From Betaproteobacteria bacterium (GTDB lineage: Bacteria; Pseudomonadota; Gammaproteobacteria; Burkholderiales; SG8-41): a DNA stretch of 43,500 bases. The number at the start of each line of letters is the position of its first letter. The stretch's first letter is position 1. The DNA lies in assembly GCA_016202565.1 (NCBI GenBank), contig JACQOK010000121.1, positions 1-43,500 of the forward strand, in the 5' to 3' direction. The position numbers and the translations under genes were made by a program. Positions 1 to 9,002 of the stretch are shown one piece after another. Below the pieces are notes generated by a model, which was not told where the DNA came from, did no database searches, and saw nothing but the letters and a program-made list of their open reading frames with translations.

Positions 1-223
1 ATTTGTACCAGTCAAGGAGGTCCGCAAACTCCTTGTAGCACTCGGGGAACTTGTCGAGGCTGAAGCGCTCGAAGATGCTCGCGTCGGCCAGATTGGCCTG
101 GGCGATGAACTTGGTCGAGGGAGAGAAATAATCTTCCTCCTGCCAATGTACCGCGATCTGCGCCTCGGAGACATCGGCAGTCTGTTGCTCCCTGGAACGG
201 CGGAGCTGCTTGTCATCTGACAT
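1..223 (-). CDS. AMP-forming acetate--CoA ligase-like protein, N-terminal fragment (gene continues past the left edge)
   Basis: Not in the ORF track because it is truncated. The reverse complement reads ATG (221-223) MSDDKQLRRSREQQTADVSEAQIAVHWQEEDYFSPSTKFIAQANLADASIFERFSLDKFPECYKEFADLLDWYK. A GGAGG lies 7 nt upstream of the ATG. The N-terminus resembles acetyl-CoA synthetase family N-termini, judged from memory with no search run. Confidence 0.5.
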   Translation of the reverse strand, partial: MSDDKQLRRSREQQTADVSEAQIAVHWQEEDYFSPSTKFIAQANLADASIFERFSLDKFPECYKEFADLLDWYK

Positions 224-425
224 TGCGATTCCTCCATAATCTTCGGTGAAAACGGTATTGCGACGTGCGCCCTGTTGCTGTCCATACGGCGCATCAATTC
301 GATGGGTGCAGACCTGGTTCGTGTTCCTTTAATATGGAAGCATTAAACAACGCGCTTGTAAAGAAGGACACCTCATGTCTGGCGCGAAAGGCGCGGGAAG
401 GGCATAATGCTTACAAATTTCTTAC

Positions 426-525
426 GGCGGGCCTCCCCGCATTGCATGGTAGTGAACCTGGTCAGGTCCGGAAGGAAGCAGCCACAGCTATTCTCTGCAA
501 GTGCCGGGGGTCAGGCTCGCCACCC
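426..525 (+). ncRNA. ffs: Signal recognition particle RNA (4.5S RNA)
   Basis: Contains the conserved SRP domain IV core CCUGGUCAGGUCCGGAAGGAAGCAGCCAC (458-485), nearly identical to E. coli 4.5S RNA. The 5' GGCGGGCC (426-433) pairs with the 3' GGCUCGCC (514-521) to close the long hairpin. The ends are approximate. Confidence 0.88.
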
Positions 526-576
526 CTATTAGCGTCGCAGGATTCTCAAGACGAACGGAAGAAGCGGATCGACGAC

Positions 577-1113
577 ATGAAAAACAACGCAACGTTGTGG
601 GCGGCGGGCGCGCTGGCATGGGCCGTCATGAGCGCGCCTTCGTACGCGATCGATGGCGCATCAGTCGAGGTTGGCAATGGCGATGGCACCGACATGGGGC
701 GCGTCGGGGTGCAGTGGGACTGGAAGACAAGATGGCTCCAGGGGCAGAATTGGCACCTCGGCGGTTACTGGGATTTTGCGCTCGGCTACTGGCATCGCGG
801 CTCGCCGCCGGGGTTGAACGAAGACATTACCGACATCGGGCTTACCCCGGTGCTGCGCTTGCAGAGAAACGACCTCAGGGGTCCGTACCTCGAAGCCGGG
901 ATCGGATTTCACCTGCTGTCGAAGACCTCGATCGGCGACAAGCGCTTGAGCACCGCATTCCAGTTCGGCGATCATGTGGGCGCGGGCTACCGGTTCGGGC
1001 CGAAGGCGGCGTACGACGTGAGCTACCGCTTCCAGCACCTCTCGAACGCCGGCATCAAGAAGCCCAATAACGGCATCGAATTCCACCAGATCCGCCTGCA
1101 GTATCATTTCTGA
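577..1113 (+). CDS. pagL: Lipid A 3-O-deacylase (PagL / acyloxyacyl hydrolase family outer-membrane protein)
   Basis: Part of ORF 265..1113, with the start moved to ATG 577 (MKNNATLWAAGALAWAVMSAPSYA, a signal peptide). The upstream part of the ORF overlaps ffs. Beta-barrel-like sequence with the C-terminal HLSNAG His/Ser motif typical of PagL and a terminal aromatic residue (YHF). Confidence 0.8.
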   Translation: MKNNATLWAAGALAWAVMSAPSYAIDGASVEVGNGDGTDMGRVGVQWDWKTRWLQGQNWHLGGYWDFALGYWHRGSPPGLNEDITDIGLTPVLRLQRNDLRGPYLEAGIGFHLLSKTSIGDKRLSTAFQFGDHVGAGYRFGPKAAYDVSYRFQHLSNAGIKKPNNGIEFHQIRLQYHF

Positions 1114-1120
1114 TTCTGGC

Positions 1121-1198
1121 AAGCGGTAAGCGGTAAGCGGTAAACTACGGTTTGCGCGCGGCGCCTTCGCCGCTTACCGTTAACTGCTTACCGCTCAC
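1121..1198. repeat. Heptamer-tandem inverted repeat (hairpin locus A)
   Basis: The left arm is (AGCGGTA)x3 at 1121-1143. The right arm is GCTTACC GTTAACT GCTTACC GCTCACC at 1171-1198. 19 of 23 positions are complementary (1121-1143 with 1174-1196). It lies between the pagL stop and the dnaX start. Confidence 0.75.
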
Positions 1199-1207
1199 CG
1201 AATTCAT

Positions 1208-2768
1208 CGTGACACAGGTTCTCGCCCGCAAGTGGCGCCCCAGAACATTTTCCGAGCTGGTCGGCCAGGAGCACGTCGTGCGGGCGCTGACCAACGCGCT
1301 GCGGCTGCAACGGCTGCATCACGCCTATCTGTTTACCGGCACGCGCGGCGTGGGCAAGACGACGCTCGCCCGCATCCTTGCCAAGGCGCTCAACTGCGAA
1401 ACGGGCGTTACCGCCGAGCCGTGCGGCAAATGCGCTGCCTGTGCCGAGATCGACTCCGGACGCTTCGTTGATCTGATTGAACTCGACGCCGCGTCCAACC
1501 GCGGTATCGCCGAGATGACAACCCTGCTCGAGCAGGCTGTTTACGCACCGACGGTTGCCCGTTTCAAGGTTTATATCATTGACGAAGTTCATCAGCTTAC
1601 GACACACGCGTTCAACGCAATGCTGAAGACGCTCGAGGAACCGCCGCCGCATGTGAAGTTCATTCTCGCCACGACCGATCCACAGAAGATGCCGGTGACG
1701 GTGTTGTCGCGCTGCCTGCAATTCAATCTCAAGCAGATCCCACAGCCGCAGATACGCGCTCAATTGCACAAGATTCTCGACGCAGAGGGCATGGCGTTCG
1801 AGCCGCCGGCTCTGGCGCTGCTGGCGCGGGCGGCGCAGGGCAGCCTGCGCGACAGCCTGAGCCTGCTCGACCAGGCGATCGCACATGGCGGCGGCCGGGT
1901 GGAAGAAGGCGCAGTACGGGCAATGCTCGGCGCAGTGGACCACACCTATCTTTACGCCGTGCTGAGGGCGCTCGCTGCGCACGACGGTGCGGGGCTGATC
2001 GCGGAAGCGGACCGCATGGCGGGCCGCAGCCTGTCGTTCGAGATGGCGCTGCAGGACATGGGCGTCCTCCTGCACCGTCTTGCGCTGCTCCAGACCGTTC
2101 CGGGAACGGTGGCCGACGATGACCCTGACCGCGATGTGCTCCTGGAACTGGCCGGAATGTTTGATGCCGAAGACCTGCAGCTCTATTACCAGATCGCGCT
2201 CCAGGGCCGGAATGACATCGGGCTTGCGCCGGATGATTACGCCGGGTTCACCATGACGCTGTTGCGCATGCTGGCGTTCGCGCCCGGGCCTCCGGTTGAG
2301 GGAGCGCGGCCGGCGCAAGCGGGCACATTTGCTCCCGTCCGTGCGGCTGCGCCCGCCGTTGCGGTCGAGTCAAAAAAAAACGACGATGAGGCGACGTGGG
2401 GCGAGATTGTCGAGGGACTCGGACTTTCGGGCATGGCCCGCATGCTGGCGCAGCATTGTGAACTCGTGCGGCGGGATGCGGATCGAGTCGAATTGACGAT
2501 TTCGAGACTCCACGAGCGGCTGCTCGACAGGCCGTATCAGGACAAGGTTAAGGCGGCGCTGCAACAGCGGTTTGGCGCGGGCGTGCGCGTGACGATCAGC
2601 GTCGGAAACGGCAGCGGCAGTTCGCCTGCAGTGCTCGCGGATCGGGAGAAACAGCGGCGACAAGCTCAGGCGATCGCCGACATCGAGCAGGATCCCTTTG
2701 TACGCGAGCTGGTCGAGAATTTCGACGCGCGGATTGTCGAATCCACGATCAAACCCACACAGCAATAG
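1208..2768 (+). CDS. dnaX: DNA polymerase III subunit gamma/tau
   Basis: ORF 1152..2768. The start is placed at GTG 1208 ([23 protein letters not shown]) by similarity to the E. coli DnaX N-terminus [12 protein letters not shown]. Walker [10 protein letters not shown], zinc module [10 protein letters not shown] and SRC motif (LSRC) are present. The start codon is uncertain (1152 or 1208). Confidence 0.93.
2372..2389 (+). other. Candidate dnaX recoding site: A9 slippery run plus a -1-frame stop
   Basis: The zero frame reads TCA AAA AAA AAC GAC. The -1 frame reads AAA AAA AAA CGA CGA TGA, with the stop at 2387-2389. It lies about 389 codons into dnaX. Confidence 0.45.
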
Positions 2769-2776
2769 GACAGACA

Positions 2777-3103
2777 ATGATGAAAGGCGGATTCGCTGGT
2801 GTGCTGAAGCAGGCGCAGCAGATGCAGGAAAACATGAAGAAGGTCCAGGAACAGCTGGCAACCATGGAAGTCGAGGGCCAGGCGGGGGCCGGCATGGTGA
2901 AAGTGGTGATGACCTGCCGTCACGACGTGAAACGCGTCAGCGTCGATGCGAGCCTGCTTCAGGACGACAAGGAGATGCTCGAAGACCTGATCGCCGCGGC
3001 AGTCAATGACGCGGTGCGGCGGGTGGAAGCGACGGTGCAGGAGAAAATGTCCGCCATCACCGCGGGGATGCCGTTGCCACCGGGCTTCAAGATGCCGTTC
3101 TAG
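2777..3103 (+). CDS. ybaB: Nucleoid-associated protein YbaB/EbfC
   Basis: ORF 2777..3103. [28 protein letters not shown] is the typical YbaB N-terminus. It sits in the conserved dnaX-ybaB-recR position. Confidence 0.93.
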   Translation: MMKGGFAGVLKQAQQMQENMKKVQEQLATMEVEGQAGAGMVKVVMTCRHDVKRVSVDASLLQDDKEMLEDLIAAAVNDAVRRVEATVQEKMSAITAGMPLPPGFKMPF

Positions 3104-3106
3104 CAA

Positions 3107-3187
3107 GCGAAGGATGAAGGATGAATAAAAACGTGCTGCAACGGTGGCGTTTGTCCCTCCGCCTTCATCCTTCCGCCTTCATCCTTT
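3107..3187. repeat. Heptamer-tandem inverted repeat (hairpin locus B)
   Basis: The left arm is GCGAAGGATGAAGGATGAA (3107-3125, GAAGGAT x2). The right arm is a tandem 14-mer, TTCCGCCTTCATCC x2 (about 3156-3185). A perfect 12-bp complement joins GAAGGATGAAGG (3109-3120) to CCTTCATCCTTC (3162-3173). The right arm ends 1 nt before recR ATG 3189. Confidence 0.75.
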
Positions 3188-3188
3188 G

Positions 3189-3785
3189 ATGATGACTCCC
3201 TCCACCCTCGAAGAACTGATCGAAGCCCTGCGCTGTCTGCCTGGAGTGGGACCCAAGTCGGCGCAGCGCATGGCTTTCCATCTGCTTCAGCGCGATCAGC
3301 CCGGCGCCCGGCGCCTTGCCAGCGCGCTCGGTCTTGCCCTGGAGCGCATTCGCCACTGCGAAAAGTGCAACAGCTTCGCCGAAGAAGCGATATGCACTTT
3401 GTGCCGCTCGCCGCGGCGCGATCCCACGCAGCTCTGCGTGGTGGAGACGCCGGGTGATCTTCTCATGATGGAACAGGCGCAGTGTTTTCAGGGCCTGTAC
3501 TTCGTGCTGATGGGAACGCTCTCACCGCTTGACGGCGTCGGCCCCAAGGAGATCCACCTCGACCGTCTGATCCGGCGCGCCGCCGACGGCGTCGTACGCG
3601 AGGTGATCCTTGCCACCAACTTTACGGTCGAGGGGGACGCCACCGCACACTACGTTGGCGAACTGCTGCGCGAACAAGGCTTGAAGGTGAGCCGCATTGC
3701 GCGCGGCCTCCCGGTGGGCGGCGAGCTCGAGCATGTGGACAGCGGCACGCTCGCCCAGGCGGTGCTCGAAAGACGTGAAGTCTGA
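3189..3785 (+). CDS. recR: Recombination protein RecR
   Basis: ORF 3144..3785. The start is placed at ATG 3189 ([33 protein letters not shown], helix-hairpin-helix). It has the C4 zinc finger [16 protein letters not shown] and a Toprim region. The upstream GTG 3144 would translate the repeat. Confidence 0.92.
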   Translation: MMTPSTLEELIEALRCLPGVGPKSAQRMAFHLLQRDQPGARRLASALGLALERIRHCEKCNSFAEEAICTLCRSPRRDPTQLCVVETPGDLLMMEQAQCFQGLYFVLMGTLSPLDGVGPKEIHLDRLIRRAADGVVREVILATNFTVEGDATAHYVGELLREQGLKVSRIARGLPVGGELEHVDSGTLAQAVLERREV

Positions 3786-3815
3786 CCGGGGCGTAGCCCT
3801 CAAATCGAGGCGGTA

Positions 3816-4589
3816 GTGAAGTCCGTTCCCAGATCTCCTCCGGCGGAGAATTCGCAGAAACTGCATAAAGTGCTGGCGCAGGCCGGGCTGGGTTCACGGC
3901 GTACCATGGAGCAGTGGATAATCAGCGGGCGGGTGACGGTGAACGGTGTTGTCGCCGGCATCGGCACCCGCGTCAGCCCGCATGACCTCATCAGGGTGGG
4001 CCGCCGGGTGGTGCGTTGGGCGGTGCAGCAGCGCTTGCCGAGGGTGGTGGTCTATCACAAGCCGGAAGGTGAGGTCGTTTCGCGCGATGACCCGGAGAGC
4101 CGGCCCACGGTATTTGCCAAGTTACCCAAGGTGCGGGGCGCGAAATGGGTGGCGGTGGGGCGGCTCGACTACAACACCTGCGGCTTGCTGATTTTCACCA
4201 CTTCCGGAGAACTCGCGAATCGCCTGATGCACCCGCGCTTCGCAGTGGAACGGGAGTACGCGGTGCGCATCCTCGGGCAATTGAAACCCGACCAGGTGGC
4301 ACGGCTCACCGGCGGGGTCGCGCTCGATGATGGCCCCGCTCGCTGCATCGCCATCGAAGACGAAGGCGGCGAAGGCGCCAATCACTGGTATCGGGTGGTG
4401 CTGGCCGAAGGCCGCAACCGCATCGTGCGGCGCATGTTCAACGCGCTGGGGATGACGGTGAGCCGCCTGATGCGGGTGCGCTTCGGCAGCATCAGGCTGC
4501 CGCCGCGCCTTAAACGTGGTCAGCTGAGCGAGCTGGCGCCGGGGGATGTCAAACAGCTCCTGCGCTCGCTCAGCCTGCCGGCAGGCTGA
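3816..4589 (+). CDS. rluB: 23S rRNA pseudouridine synthase RluB (RsuA/RluB family)
   Basis: ORF 3816..4589. It has an S4 domain (LHKVLAQAGLGSRR) and the catalytic region GRLDYNTCGLLIFTTSGELANRLMHPRFAVEREYAVRI, which closely matches E. coli RluB. Confidence 0.88.
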   Translation: MKSVPRSPPAENSQKLHKVLAQAGLGSRRTMEQWIISGRVTVNGVVAGIGTRVSPHDLIRVGRRVVRWAVQQRLPRVVVYHKPEGEVVSRDDPESRPTVFAKLPKVRGAKWVAVGRLDYNTCGLLIFTTSGELANRLMHPRFAVEREYAVRILGQLKPDQVARLTGGVALDDGPARCIAIEDEGGEGANHWYRVVLAEGRNRIVRRMFNALGMTVSRLMRVRFGSIRLPPRLKRGQLSELAPGDVKQLLRSLSLPAG

Positions 4590-5502
4590 ACCCCGGCAGC
4601 TCTTCCCGGTAGATCAGGAACACGCAGTCGTCCCCGCCGCTGGTGTGGGGCCAGGTGAACGCAGTCCGCGGAAAGGCGCGCTCGACCCGGGCGCGATTGT
4701 GCCCGACTTCCACCACCAGCAATCCGCCGGAATTGAGGTGGGAAGCGGCATGGCACAGGATGGCCCGGGTGACATCGAGACCATCGTTGCCTCCGGCCAG
4801 CGCAAGCCGCGGTTCCCAGCGGTATTCTTGCGGCAGGCGGCGCATGGAGGCCGTCCGGACATAGGGCGGATTGGAAACGATCAGGTCATAGCGCCGGCCG
4901 GTGAGCGCGGCAAAGAGGTCCGACCGGATGAGCCGAACGCGGTCTTGCAGGGCGTAGCCGGCCACGTTGCGCCGTGCAACCTTGAGCGCATCGCGCGAAA
5001 CGTCGGCGGCATCGATCCGCGCGCGCGGAAAGCTCGACGCGAGCATGACGGCGAGGCAACCCGAGCCGGTGCACAGATCGAGGGCCGACTTGATCCGCGC
5101 GGGACGCACAATCCACGGCGCAAGATCATGGTGCAGCAACTCGGCAATATACGAACGCGGTACGATGACACGTTCGTCGACGTGGAAGCGGAAGTCGCCG
5201 AGCCAGGCTTCACCGGTGAGATAAGCGGCCGGCTTGCGCTCTTTGATGCGGCGTTCGAAAAGCGCGAGTACCTTCTCGATCTTGCCCGGGGTCGGCCGTC
5301 GATCCAGATGCGGCGCGAGCTGATCGGGCGGTAACCCCAGCGCGTGGAGCGTGAGGTACGCGGCTTCATCGAACGCGTTGACCGTCCCGTGCCCGAACGC
5401 GAGGCGCATCGCTTTGAAACGCCGCGCGCCGTAGCGTACGAGATCGCCGACCGTCCGCGGTTGCGCGCCCGTGCGGTGGAGACGGGAGGACCGTTTCGTC
5501 AA
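4570..5502 (-). CDS. prmB: 50S ribosomal protein L3 N5-glutamine methyltransferase
   Basis: ORF 4570..5502. It has the SAM motif LDLCTGSGCLAV and the NPPY motif (LIVSNPPYV). The C-terminus FTWPHTSGGDDCVFLI resembles E. coli PrmB. Its 3' end overlaps rluB convergently by 20 bp. Confidence 0.88.
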   Translation of the reverse strand: MTKRSSRLHRTGAQPRTVGDLVRYGARRFKAMRLAFGHGTVNAFDEAAYLTLHALGLPPDQLAPHLDRRPTPGKIEKVLALFERRIKERKPAAYLTGEAWLGDFRFHVDERVIVPRSYIAELLHHDLAPWIVRPARIKSALDLCTGSGCLAVMLASSFPRARIDAADVSRDALKVARRNVAGYALQDRVRLIRSDLFAALTGRRYDLIVSNPPYVRTASMRRLPQEYRWEPRLALAGGNDGLDVTRAILCHAASHLNSGGLLVVEVGHNRARVERAFPRTAFTWPHTSGGDDCVFLIYREELPGFSLPAG

Positions 5503-5563
5503 AACCGTCGGTTCACCGGGCGCGAGGTGTGTTCCGACGCAATCACGTCACGGTGAGGGACTG

Positions 5564-6712
5564 CTATCCGAGTGCGTCCAGGTTGAGCTTGATGTTCGAC
5601 AGGTCGTCCGGCCGCATCGTCGTCACCTCTTCCTCCGTGGGCGGTTTCGTCGGGCCCTTGGCGTTGTTGATGAGCCAGTGCAGGTTGGTCGGCGAGTCGG
5701 AATACGCCAGCGCTTCGTCCAGCGTGATCTTGCCGGAGCTGTAGAGGTAGAACAGCGCCTGCTCGAAGGTCTGTGAACCGGGCGCAAGGCTCTGGTCGAT
5801 GGCTTCCTTGATCTGGCCGATTTCGCCGTCCTTGATCAACTCCTGGATGTGCTTGGTGTTGAGCAGGATCTCGACTGCCGGCATGCGCCCGCCATCGACG
5901 GTGCGCACCAGGCGTTGCGAGATGATGCAGCGCAAGGAGATCGACAGGTCGGCGAGCAGCGCCTCGCGCCCCTCGCGCGGGAAGAAGTTGAGGATGCGGT
6001 TCAACGCGTTGTAGCTGTTGTTGGCGTGCAGCGTGGACATGCACAGATGGCCGGTCTGGGCAAAGAGCAACGCGCTTTGCAGCGTCGGACGGTCGCGGAT
6101 CTCACCGATCATCAGCAGGTCGGGCGCCTCGCGCATGGCACTGATGAGCGCGTTGTCGTAGGTGTAAGTGTCGACGCGCACCTCGCGCTGATTGACGATC
6201 GACTTCTTGTGCTTGAAGATGAACTCGATCGGGTCCTCGATCGTGAGGATATGGCCGGTCTTGATGGTGTTGCGGTAATCGATCATGGACGCCATCGTGG
6301 TCGATTTGCCCGACCCGGTGGACCCCACCACCAGGATCAGGCCGAGCTTTTCCATGATCACCTGCCGGAGTATCGGCGGCAGCCCGAGCGCCTCGAACGC
6401 CGGCACATCCGGCTTCACGAAGCGGATCACCATCGCCGCGCTGTTTCGCTGGTGGAAGATATTGATGCGGAAGTTGCCGGTCTCGGCTTCGGCCTTGGCG
6501 AAATTCATCTCGTGGCGGGTTTCGAACTCCTTGATCTGGTTATCGGTCATCAACTCATAGCAGATGGTCTTCACCTGTTCCGGGTCGAGCGCCTGGTTGT
6601 TGATGGGCATCACCACGCCGTTGATCTTGATCTGGATCGGCGCACCGGCCGTGAAAAACAGGTCGGACGCCTGTTTTTCGGCCATCAGCTTGAAAAGCGG
6701 TGTCACGAACAT
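5564..6712 (-). CDS. pilU: Type IV pilus retraction ATPase, PilU/PilT family
   Basis: ORF 5564..6712, 382 aa. The N-terminus LMAEKQASDLFFTAGAPIQIKINGVV is PilU-like. It has Walker A GSTGSGKSTT, Asp and His boxes, and a GGAGGG RBS upstream of the ATG. Confidence 0.85.
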   Translation of the reverse strand: MFVTPLFKLMAEKQASDLFFTAGAPIQIKINGVVMPINNQALDPEQVKTICYELMTDNQIKEFETRHEMNFAKAEAETGNFRINIFHQRNSAAMVIRFVKPDVPAFEALGLPPILRQVIMEKLGLILVVGSTGSGKSTTMASMIDYRNTIKTGHILTIEDPIEFIFKHKKSIVNQREVRVDTYTYDNALISAMREAPDLLMIGEIRDRPTLQSALLFAQTGHLCMSTLHANNSYNALNRILNFFPREGREALLADLSISLRCIISQRLVRTVDGGRMPAVEILLNTKHIQELIKDGEIGQIKEAIDQSLAPGSQTFEQALFYLYSSGKITLDEALAYSDSPTNLHWLINNAKGPTKPPTEEEVTTMRPDDLSNIKLNLDALG

Positions 6713-6860
6713 GACCGTTCCCTCCGCGTGTAATGGTTATTGCCCGGCCCGCGGCCGCGGGTATCACGCGTCGGCCGCGACAGCTACCCGCCTGGCGCCA
6801 CCGGATATTGTGCCAAGTCCCAGCAGGGTTGCCTAGCACAATAAACGCTCACCTGGACGC

Positions 6861-7682
6861 CTAATCACTGCGCAATAGCTCGTTGATGCTGGTCTTGGCG
6901 CGCGTCTTGGCGTCGACTTGTTTGACGATTACGGCGCAATACAGGCTGCAGCTGCCATCGGCGGCCGGCAACGAGCCCGAAACGACGACCGATCCGGCGG
7001 GCACGCGGCCATAAAGGATCTCCCCGCTCTGGCGGTGGAAGATCTTGGTGCTCGTCCCGATGAAAACGCCCATCGATATCACGGCGCCTTCCTCCACGAT
7101 CACCCCTTCGACGATCTCCGAGCGCGCCCCGATGAAGCAGTTGTCCTCGATGATGGTGGGATTGGCCTGCAGCGGCTCCAGCACGCCGCCGATGCCCACG
7201 CCGCCGGAGAGATGCACATTCTTCCCGATCTGGGCGCACGAGCCGACCGTCGCCCACGTGTCGACCATGGCGCCTTCGTCGACATAGGCGCCGATGTTTA
7301 CAAAGGAAGGCATCAGCACCACGTTCTTTGCGATGTAGGCACCCCTGCGGACCGCAGCCGGAGGAACGACGCGGAAACCGCCACGCTGGAAAGCGTCGCT
7401 GGTGTAGTCGGCGAATTTGGACGGCACCTTGTCGTAGTATCTGCTGTAGCCGTCCTTGATCACCGCATTGTCCTGCAGGCGGAACGACAGCAGCACGGCC
7501 TTTTTCACCCACTGATGCGTGACCCATTTGCCGGCGTTTTTTTCCGCGACGCGAAGGCGGCCCTGATCGAGCAGGCCTATGGTTTCGTTCACGGCCTGCT
7601 TGAGGCGTGCGTCGGCGCTGGCCGGAGAAAGTGATGCGCGCTGCTCCCAGGCGTTTTCGATGGCGGTTTGCAATTGCTGCAT
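6861..7682 (-). CDS. dapD: 2,3,4,5-tetrahydropyridine-2,6-dicarboxylate N-succinyltransferase
   Basis: ORF 6861..7703. The start is placed at ATG 7682 ([15 protein letters not shown]). It has hexapeptide-repeat left-handed beta-helix sequence and a DapD-like N-terminal domain, and lies next to dapC. Confidence 0.92.
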   Translation of the reverse strand: MQQLQTAIENAWEQRASLSPASADARLKQAVNETIGLLDQGRLRVAEKNAGKWVTHQWVKKAVLLSFRLQDNAVIKDGYSRYYDKVPSKFADYTSDAFQRGGFRVVPPAAVRRGAYIAKNVVLMPSFVNIGAYVDEGAMVDTWATVGSCAQIGKNVHLSGGVGIGGVLEPLQANPTIIEDNCFIGARSEIVEGVIVEEGAVISMGVFIGTSTKIFHRQSGEILYGRVPAGSVVVSGSLPAADGSCSLYCAVIVKQVDAKTRAKTSINELLRSD

Positions 7683-7699
7683 GCGGGGTTCCTTGAAAA

Positions 7700-8893
7700 T
7701 CAAAGGTGGGAAACGAAATCGCGTATGCGCCGTGCGGCTTCAGCGCATTCCTCGGTGGACGCGACCAGGGCGATCCGCACGCGGTCGCGGCCGGGATTGA
7801 CGCCGCGGGCTTCGCGGGCAAGATAGCTGCCTGGCAGCACCGATACGGCCTGCTCCTGGTAGAGGCGCCGGGTGAATTCGGTATCGCTGGCCGGTGTGGG
7901 CAGCCACAGGTAAAACGCGGCGGCGGGCATTTCGACGCGCATGACCGGCTTCAGTATGGCGAGCGCGGTAGCGAATTTTTCCCGGTAAAGACGCCGGTTT
8001 TCGCGGACGTGCGCCTCGTCCTTCCAGGCGGCAATGCTCGCCAGCTGAACCGGCGGGCTCATCGCGCACCCGTGATAGGTGCGGTAGAGCAGGAATTTTT
8101 TCAGGATCTGCGCATCGCCGGCGACAAACCCGGAACGCATGCCGGGCACATTGGAGCGCTTCGACAGGCTCGAGAATACGACGAGGTTCGGAAATCCGGT
8201 GCGCCCGAAGTGCCGGGCCGCCTCCAACGCCCCGAGCGAGGGGCGAGCTTCATCAAAATAGATCTCGGAATAGCACTCATCGGCCGCGATGATGAAGCCG
8301 TAGCGATCGGACAGTGCAAACAGCTCTTCCCATTCGGCCAATGTCATGACGTGGCCGGTTGGATTGCCGGGGGAGCACACATAGATGAGCTGCGTGCGTT
8401 GCCAGATAGCGGCCGGCAAGTCACGGAAATTGAAGGCGTAGCCGCTTGCCGTCACATTGTTCAGGAAGTGCGGGGTTGCCTGCGCCAGCAGCGCCGCGCC
8501 TTCGTAGATCTGGTAGAACGGGTTCGGGCAGACCACGACCGCGTCGGGCCGCGTTGGATCGATGACGGCCTGGGCGAACGCGAACAACGCTTCCCGGCTG
8601 CCGTTGACCGGGATGACCTGACTGTGCGGATCGACGGCGGTGAGACCGTAGCGCCGCTGGAGCCACTCGGCGATCGCAAGACGCAGCGCCTCACCGCCGA
8701 GCGTGGGCGGATAGCTGGCAAGACCGTCGAGATGGTCAGCAAGCGTGCGTTTGATGAATTCCGGAGTCGGGTGCTTGGGCTCTCCGATGTGGAGTGCGAT
8801 CGGCTTGACATCGGGGTTGCGTGCCGTGCCATCGAGCAGCGCACCGAGTTTCTGGAACGGATAACTCTGCAGTCGGTCGAGATTCGGATTCAC
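7700..8893 (-). CDS. dapC: Succinyldiaminopimelate transaminase (class I aminotransferase)
   Basis: ORF 7700..9115. The start is placed at GTG 8893 ([20 protein letters not shown]), giving about 398 aa. The longer ORF would overlap queF. It has the PLP-lysine region [14 protein letters not shown]. Confidence 0.85.
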   Translation of the reverse strand: MNPNLDRLQSYPFQKLGALLDGTARNPDVKPIALHIGEPKHPTPEFIKRTLADHLDGLASYPPTLGGEALRLAIAEWLQRRYGLTAVDPHSQVIPVNGSREALFAFAQAVIDPTRPDAVVVCPNPFYQIYEGAALLAQATPHFLNNVTASGYAFNFRDLPAAIWQRTQLIYVCSPGNPTGHVMTLAEWEELFALSDRYGFIIAADECYSEIYFDEARPSLGALEAARHFGRTGFPNLVVFSSLSKRSNVPGMRSGFVAGDAQILKKFLLYRTYHGCAMSPPVQLASIAAWKDEAHVRENRRLYREKFATALAILKPVMRVEMPAAAFYLWLPTPASDTEFTRRLYQEQAVSVLPGSYLAREARGVNPGRDRVRIALVASTEECAEAARRIRDFVSHL

Positions 8894-9002
8894 GTCGGAT
8901 TTTGCCTTGCCAGGGTGCAATGCCCGTTGGGCGCAGTGCCGGTGCGGACTCGAGCACGGAGAATCATAGAGATGTTCGTCGGGTGTCGCGGGGGCGCGCC
9001 GT

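Noticed and set aside
4570-4589. A 20-bp convergent 3' overlap of rluB/prmB, and an identical-length overlap at 38222-38241 (membrane protein / senB-like)
   Set aside because: Short convergent overlaps are common in compact high-GC genomes. The two overlap sequences are unrelated, so the equal length looks coincidental.
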